DNA of 64,000 nucleotides from Callorhinchus milii. Taxonomy: Eukaryota. Both the position numbers and the translations under genes were made by a program. How positions within the stretch are numbered: the stretch's first letter is position 1; every line of letters begins with the position of its first letter. This document shows positions 61,070 through 64,000 of the stretch, piece after piece. The stretch covers positions 21,082,001 through 21,146,000 of the forward strand of contig NW_024704742.1 of the NCBI RefSeq assembly GCF_018977255.1, in the 5' to 3' direction. Below the pieces are notes generated by a model. That model worked only from the letters and a program-made list of their open reading frames with translations. It ran no database searches and was not told where the DNA came from.

Positions 61070-61919
61070 CAATAGGGACATTTCTTAACAGTGGTTTTAA
61101 GGACCAAGAACCAGCATATCCAGATGGCCACTCAATCCTCCATCTGGGATGCCATGCCACTGTATAAATACTATGTGCATGAGATAGCTAAACATGCTTG
61201 CACAGTGTGACTGTGAATTGTCAGTGCAAAGGTGTTTTTTTTAGCAATCTGTTGCAGGTACAAGGTAGCGTTAGAGGATGTGACTATTGTACAGGTTGTA
61301 GCAGATTTCTGCTGCCAGCGTTGGGCTTGCAGCTAGGCTGGTTTATTTCACAAACAGGACACAATTATCTGATACAATTATCAGCTTAGCTACAAGACTA
61401 ATGGCATTTCACCTGGAATGAGGATATCTTTATGGAGTAGGCCACATGGGAAAGTAGGACACGTGGGAATGCATTGCCTCCTCAACACAAGGCCATAGGA
61501 TTGAGTCGCAAGCCTACCTTATATGGGGATGTTATGACAGTTGTTATGACAGCAGTAGATCATGCATTATATCATAGGAATAAGCATCCCTTCTCAATTA
61601 ATATCAGAGATAATCTAAATTAGTCCCAAAAATGTAGATGTTCTCCCATCCTCCTCCCTTCTCACCATGTCTCCCATTTCACATTTGGAAATTCTTGTCA
61701 AATAACAAGTCCAGTTAGCCAGGTAATGACTTCATACATGTGCAATGACATTTTGTTTCCATATTTGACTGAAGCTCTAAGCATTTTAGCTCATTACATC
61801 ATGTGTGTCTGTAAAACATTCCAAAACTTTGTTCAGATGTTGATCGCAGTTTTAATTTCTGTCAGAGGAGGCTCCTGGTATCCGGCAGGAAACCAGAGTC
61901 CAAAGGGTCAGCCTCAGAC

Positions 61920-62145
61920 ATAACAATAATAATTTGCACTTATATTAGCACCTTTCACGTTGGAGAGAATGTCTCAAAGCACTTTACAAAGACAGAGTGG
62001 GAGCTTGAAAAATAAGTGATATGAAATGAAGGTGCAGTGAAAGCTCTTGAGGTCATTAGATGGGATTTGAAAGCAGAGAGGAAGAGATGATGGAGGGATT
62101 TCTGAAGTTGGAGGGATTTTGCAACATGGGGAAGGATTGAGGTGA
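61920..62145 (-). mobile_element. Old L2 3' fragment
   Basis: Tail cacctttcacgttggagagaatgtctcaaagcac and downstream L2-like sequence. Confidence 0.55.
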
Positions 62146-62400
62146 AGGAGGAAGCCTGGGGATCTTCAATCCAAGAACCTACAAGATCCACTATTTAGAA
62201 ATTGTGTTGAGAATCTTGCAAGAAAGATCTCAATAAGAGATTTGCCTGACACTTTTTATTGGCGAATTTGTTCCTTTAAATATATTTCTGGACTCGATTT
62301 GGGTTGACATGTTGCAGTTTTGGTGAAACAATGGGACCATAGTAGCCTCACATGGTCATGCATTACATAAACAGAGTTAATAATTAAGGCTTGGTAGCTC

Positions 62401-63143
62401 AATCTTAAGGGGGGTGAACGTACAGAGAGATCTGGGCGTTCAAGTAAGCGATTCATTGAAGGTGGCAGAGCAGGTAGATAGGCAGTAAAAAGTGCATTTG
62501 ATGTAATGAGCTTCATTAGTAGGGGCATAGGGTATAAGAGTAGGGAGGTTATGCTTAATCTGTACAAAACACTGGTGAGGCCTCAGCTGGAGTACTGCGT
62601 CCAGTTCTGGGCACCTTACCTCAGGAAGGATATTAAGGCACTGGAAAGGGTGCAGAGGAGATTCACGAGAATGATGCCAGGAATGGGGAAGCATAGCTAT
62701 GAGGACAGGCTGGAAAAGTTAGGACTTTTCCCATTAGAGCAGAGAAGGTTACGTGGGGACCTGATAGAGGTATTCAAGATCATGAAAGGTTTCGACAGGC
62801 TAGATAGGGAAAAGCTGTTTCCGCTGGTAGGTGTGTCTGTGACTCGTGGTCACAATCTTAAGATATCTACCAAAAGAAGCAGAGGGAAGGTTAGAAGAAA
62901 TTTTTTCACTCAGCGAGTTGTTAGAATTTGGAATGATCTGCCCGAAAGGGCAGTGAAGTCCGATTCGATAACAGCTTTTAAGAGAGAACTGGATAGGTAT
63001 CTGGAGAAGACAGGTTTGCAGGATTATGGGGAGAAAGCTGGTGAGTGGGGTTAATAAAAGTCAGTTGCTCTGTCAAAGAGCCGGCACAAACTCGATGGGC
63101 TGAATGGCCTCCTTCTGTGCTGTAACATTTTATGATTCTATGA
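62401..63143 (+). mobile_element. CR1 LINE 3' fragment (relatively young)
   Basis: RT C-terminal ORF, 3' UTR ...gatgggctgaatggcctccttctgtgctgt..., tail ttatgattctatga. Confidence 0.95.
62506..63054 (+). pseudogene. CR1 ORF2 C-terminal fragment (182 aa open)
   Basis: LYKTLVRPQLEYCVQFWAP...RRLRGDLIEVFKIMKG...TRGHNLK...FFTQRVVRIWNDLP; 5'-truncated, lacks the RT core. Confidence 0.9.
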
Positions 63144-64000
63144 ATAGCAATAAAGGTTTATAAAAGGCATTTTATAAAAGGCATTCTACTGACATCCTAC
63201 TGGAAAAGAGCATATCTCCAAAAGAAAGGAGGAAATTAACATTCAGTCATCAGTGTGCTGTACCTGAAACCTCTGGACCGATCAGTACAAATAGATGTTG
63301 GCCTGGGGGAGCATGGATTTCAGCAGTCCTGGGCAGACATAGACTAGGAAATTGAGTGCAATGTTGAAAGTTATTAGAGCCTTACCACAGTTTTCACGTA
63401 GCTGTAAATCTCGATATGAATAGAAACCCAATGCATGTGCATCAACAAGACAATTGCTAGGAACTAAGTCTTAAGTCTATTGCCAAAACTGCCCTAAAGC
63501 CTGCATGTTGGTAAATTCCTACCAGGATTTTTACGGCAGGAATGTTTAAGTGCTCTGGGACACAACCCTGCACGAGGGGCAGTATATAAATGCAAGTGAT
63601 TGTTGTTTCACTGCGTACACTAATGAAGATAAGTAAATAAATACAAATGATGCAAGCCTGCTTCGGGAGTCTAACATGATCAGGAGTTACATCAATTTTC
63701 TCCTATTGGTTCTTAAACCACTTGTAGTCTAAACAGGACATCTCTGAGAGCCAGATAGAATACAAATGTTGGCTTTGAAAAGAATTTCAACCGCATCAGA
63801 CATCTGTTCACATACCAAGTGGGCAGAAGAAGTTGTAACTGAGATCTTCGGGCTCATTAGCGTGATGCTGAATGTAGCAGTAACAGGAGGTAGAGAAGCC
63901 CAGGGCAATATTATGTCAGCAACCTGCTGATCAACAGGCACTGTACTTAGAATACATGTCTGCAACCTACTAAATCATGTAAGTTATGTACGGTACATTG

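Overview
Repeat-rich vertebrate non-coding DNA, most consistent with a cartilaginous fish (possibly a chimaera; inferred from repeat content only). I can find no intact host protein-coding gene, so the window is probably intronic or intergenic. It is dominated by decayed non-LTR retrotransposons: L2-clade LINEs (two families with different 3' tails, including one copy that keeps its 5' end and a candidate promoter), CR1 LINEs, and Penelope-like elements carrying minimal hammerhead ribozyme motifs. Two tRNA-derived SINE families (one with a tRNA-Ala-like head, one with a Deu-like domain) share an L2-derived 3' stem-loop tail. There are also hAT and pogo/Tigger-type MITEs, palindromic MITE-like hairpins and older SINE relics. 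Most notable: two composite retroelements, each in two dispersed copies; a 37-bp locally templated inverted insert at an L2 5' junction; the hammerhead motifs; and a repeat-free island at ~34.6-36 kb with minus-strand splice signals. I see no evidence for a wholly new biological system. Repeat boundaries are approximate and family names come from recall, not database searches.
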